Positions 15,178 through 17,795 of a stretch of DNA of 17,795 nucleotides are shown here, piece by piece. The stretch covers positions 1-17,795 of the forward strand of contig CAZHPN010000131.1 of the NCBI GenBank assembly GCA_964534375.1, given 5' to 3'. The notes under the pieces are model-generated. The model saw only the letters and a program-made list of their open reading frames with translations, made no database searches and was not told the DNA's origin. Every line of letters starts with the position of its first letter. Positions within the stretch are counted from its first letter, which is position 1. Origin of the DNA: an uncultured bacterium. GTDB taxonomy: Bacteria > Lernaellota > Lernaellaia > Lernaellales > Lernaellaceae. The position numbers and the translations under genes were made by a program.

Positions 15178-15327
15178 CAAGAGCAAGAGCAAGAGCAAGA
15201 GCAAGAATTAAAAGCCGGAGCAAGACCAGGAGCAAGAATTAAGAGCCGGAGCAAGACCAGGAGCAAGAATTAAGAGCCGGAGCAAGACCGGGAGCAAGAA
15301 TTAAGAGCCGGAGCAAGACCAGGAGCA
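15178..15327 (+). repeat. GAGCAA hexamer run grading into four 31-bp tandem units
   Basis: GAGCAA x4 from 15181; GAGCAAGAATTAAGAGCCGGAGCAAGACCAG at 15199, 15230, 15261 and 15292. Confidence 0.92.
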
Positions 15328-15423
15328 CGTTGATCGCTGTCGCGATTTTAATTTTCTTACCGACAGAGCTTCCCAGCGCTCCCCTTTACTACGAGCCGGC
15401 GATTTCTTGTTTTCGCGCCAAGA

Positions 15424-15545
15424 TTTTCCGGGCAGCCGCAGATTGCGCAGATTTACGCAGACGCCCGGGCCGCGAATGGCTCTCGCCCGGAACGGACTCT
15501 TCGTGGCCCGTGCGAAGTCTGCGGTCATCTGCGACATTTGTGGCC
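15424..15545. repeat. Dispersed 122-bp palindromic repeat (family C) copy 2
   Basis: First 35 nt identical to the copy at 11197; right arm CATCTGCGACATTTGTGGCC. Confidence 0.82.
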
Positions 15546-15662
15546 AAAAAACGTTTGGTTGCGGCTCTGCCGCGCTGCGCCCTCGGTGATTAGCTCCGCA
15601 ATCATCATTGCGTGATTCCCGCCGGAGGTGTTATCGTCAGCCCGCTGAGAACGGAGGGTCGA

Positions 15663-17345
15663 ATGATGCGCGTGCGGCGGGCGAAATGGGGTCTGTTTGT
15701 TCTATTCGCGATCATGATGTTTGTCGGACTGTCGGTTTGCCGCTGCGGCAGTCATTCGAGCACGCAAGCGAAGGCGGCGGACGACGACGCGGGCGACGAC
15801 GCCTCGCCAGACGACGACGACAACGACGACGCCGCGATGACGTTCCCCGAGGGCTTCCTCTTCGGCTCGGCGACGGCCGGGTTCCAGGTCGATATGGCCT
15901 GCCCGACGATTCCGGCGTCGCTGTGCACCGACCCGCATTCCGATTGGTATCAGTTCGTCACCTCGCCGACGATCATTCACGACCCGCTCGCGTACGTGAA
16001 GGGCGACGATCCGGCGAAGGTCAGCCCGGGCCATTGGGAGCTTTTTGCGAGCGATTTCGACCGCGCGAAAAACGGCCTCCACAACAACGCCTTCCGCATG
16101 AGCATCGAATGGAGCCGCATTTTCCCGAAATCGACGATCGGCGTCGAAGGCTACGAGAACCTGCTGGCGATCGCCGACGCGGACGCCGTCGCGCATTATC
16201 ACCAGGTCTTCGCGGACCTGCGCGCGCGCGGGCTCGAGCCGCTGGTGACGCTCAACCACTATACGCTGCCGACCTGGATTCACGACGCCGTCGGCTGCCA
16301 CACCGATTTCGCGCATTGCTCGCCGCGCGGCTGGGTCGACGCGGACACGACCGTCAACGAAATCGCCAAGTACGCCGGCTTCGTCGCGCGCGAGTACGGC
16401 GGCCAGGTCGATCTCTGGACGACGCTCAACGAGCCGTTCGCCGTCGTGCTGCCGGGCTATCTCTTTCCGTCGAAAAGCCGCAGCAACCCGCCGGCGGTGT
16501 TTCTCCAATTCGCCGCGTTCAAGACGGCGTTCGCCGCGATGATCCAGGCCCATGCGCGGATGGTCGACGCGATTCGCGCCAACGATCTGGTCAGCGCCCG
16601 CGGCAACGGTCAGCCGGCCGCCGAGGTCGGCATCGTCTATTCGATGTCGCCGGCTTTTCCGAAAGACCCGAACAGCGCGCTCGACAAGCAAGCCGCGGCC
16701 AACGTGTTCTATATCTGGAACATGGTGTTTCTCAACGCGGTGGCGCTGGGCCAGTTCGACGAAAATTTCGACCATCAACCCGTCTATCACCCCGAATTGG
16801 CGGGGCGGATGGATTTCATCGGCGTCAATTACTACACCTGCGTCATGGTTTCCGGCCTGCCGTTCTCGATCGCGCCGTGGATGTCGCCGTTGTTCACGTT
16901 CAATCCGCTGACGCTCGACTTCGGGGCGTTGTATCCGCGCGGCATTTATGAAATGTCCGAGATCGTCAAAAACGATTTCCATCTGCCCGTGTACATCACG
17001 GAAAACAACGCCCGCAACGATCCGCACGACACGTGGGCCGAAGAATACCGGGCGATGGTCGAGCATCTGAGCTGGCTGTGGTACGCGATGCAGCAGGGCG
17101 TCGACGTCCGCGGCTATTTCTATTGGGCGCTGCTCGACAACTACGAATGGAACCAGGGTTATTGCCAGGACGGCCTGTACGGCGTCGCCGCGAACGACCC
17201 GACCAAGCAGCGCGTGACGCGCGACATCGACGCGCTGTACGCCGAAATCGCCGGCGACAACGGCGTTCCGCCCAATTTGTCGTCGGAATATCCGGTCAAT
17301 TTCGCCGCGCCGGCCGGCGCCGGACTATACGGCCGCGGCAAATGA
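15663..17345 (+). CDS. Glycoside hydrolase family 1 (beta-glycosidase), exported or lipoprotein, with an Asp-rich linker
   Basis: FPEGFLFGSATAGFQVD, FRMSIEWSRIFP, TLNHYTLP, TLNEP (acid/base), YITEN (nucleophile) and GYFYWALLDNYEW. GGAGG RBS before ATG 15663/15666. Hydrophobic leader with Cys. Confidence 0.93.
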   Translation: MMRVRRAKWGLFVLFAIMMFVGLSVCRCGSHSSTQAKAADDDAGDDASPDDDDNDDAAMTFPEGFLFGSATAGFQVDMACPTIPASLCTDPHSDWYQFVTSPTIIHDPLAYVKGDDPAKVSPGHWELFASDFDRAKNGLHNNAFRMSIEWSRIFPKSTIGVEGYENLLAIADADAVAHYHQVFADLRARGLEPLVTLNHYTLPTWIHDAVGCHTDFAHCSPRGWVDADTTVNEIAKYAGFVAREYGGQVDLWTTLNEPFAVVLPGYLFPSKSRSNPPAVFLQFAAFKTAFAAMIQAHARMVDAIRANDLVSARGNGQPAAEVGIVYSMSPAFPKDPNSALDKQAAANVFYIWNMVFLNAVALGQFDENFDHQPVYHPELAGRMDFIGVNYYTCVMVSGLPFSIAPWMSPLFTFNPLTLDFGALYPRGIYEMSEIVKNDFHLPVYITENNARNDPHDTWAEEYRAMVEHLSWLWYAMQQGVDVRGYFYWALLDNYEWNQGYCQDGLYGVAANDPTKQRVTRDIDALYAEIAGDNGVPPNLSSEYPVNFAAPAGAGLYGRGK

Positions 17346-17386
17346 GCCGGGCCGGGCGGATTTGACGCGCCGCCGACCACGGACCG

Positions 17387-17539
17387 GGACAACCGGACAA
17401 CGGAACCGGACAACGGTAACTGGACAACGGTGCCGGGACAACGGTGCCGGGACAACGGTGCCGGGACAACGGTGCCAGCCACTTTTGCGGCGCTGCCGGA
17501 CAACGGTGCGGACAACGGTGCCAGCCACTTTTGCGGCGC
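17387..17539 (+). repeat. GGACAACGGTGCCG 14-bp tandem repeats plus a 30-bp direct repeat
   Basis: GGACAAC nine times, with 14-bp period from 17408 to 17464. GGACAACGGTGCCAGCCACTTTTGCGGCGC at 17464-17493 and 17510-17539. Confidence 0.88.
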
Positions 17540-17795
17540 AATATGCCACCGGCCGTCCTTGTGGATCGCTAATCTCCGCGTAAGAAGGGGCGCTTCGTTT
17601 ATTTTCGGGCCGGAAACGAACAGAAACACAGACTCCGGCAGCATAATTGATCGGCGATTCCCGAACCGGATAGTTTCTCGCCCTCGGGGCAGGTGTTTCG
17701 GAAGATTCGGCCGGCGCTTACGATGCGCCTAATCAGGCGCGGGCGGCAACGGGACGAACGGCGGCACGTAGGAACCGGGTGGAAATTGGTAAACG

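Noticed and set aside
15043..15327. CRISPR array in the 22-bp and 31-bp repeats
   Set aside because: Units are directly tandem or have only 5-nt near-constant linkers; no unique spacers and no cas genes in the window.
17387..17539. CRISPR-like pair of 30-bp direct repeats
   Set aside because: Only two copies, and the 16 bp between them is itself repeat-derived.
17771..17795. tRNA-Leu-like 5' end (GGTGGAAATTGGTAAACG)
   Set aside because: Acceptor and D-arm spacing does not fit and it is cut by the window edge; more likely a gene start (AGGA, then GTG GAA ATT GGT AAA at 17779).

Overview
GC-rich bacterial window with nine credible genes or gene fragments; the other long ORFs are shadows. Left (1-5740): a probable IS end at the window edge, then a likely surface-modification operon of two polytopic GT-C-like membrane proteins around a Thr-type sulfatase-like lipoprotein, followed by a convergent DUF1259 gene. 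Middle (about 6950-13150): a small accessory/defence-like island with a SIR2-TPR gene carrying six near-identical 132-bp repeats, a convergent AT-richer secreted orphan, a Fic gene whose 3' end is duplicated downstream, and an IS256 fragment. Right: an acetyl-CoA hydrolase/CoA-transferase divergent from an exported GH1 glycosidase. The most notable non-coding signal is a 245-250 bp element present three times. It has 22-bp terminal inverted repeats, no target duplication, and an interior that reads as the fused start and end of a REP-associated tyrosine transposase (RAYT) gene. Two copies bracket the SIR2-TPR and orphan genes. The intergenic regions also hold many other short repeat or MITE families. 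Family assignments come from motif recognition by eye; no searches were run.
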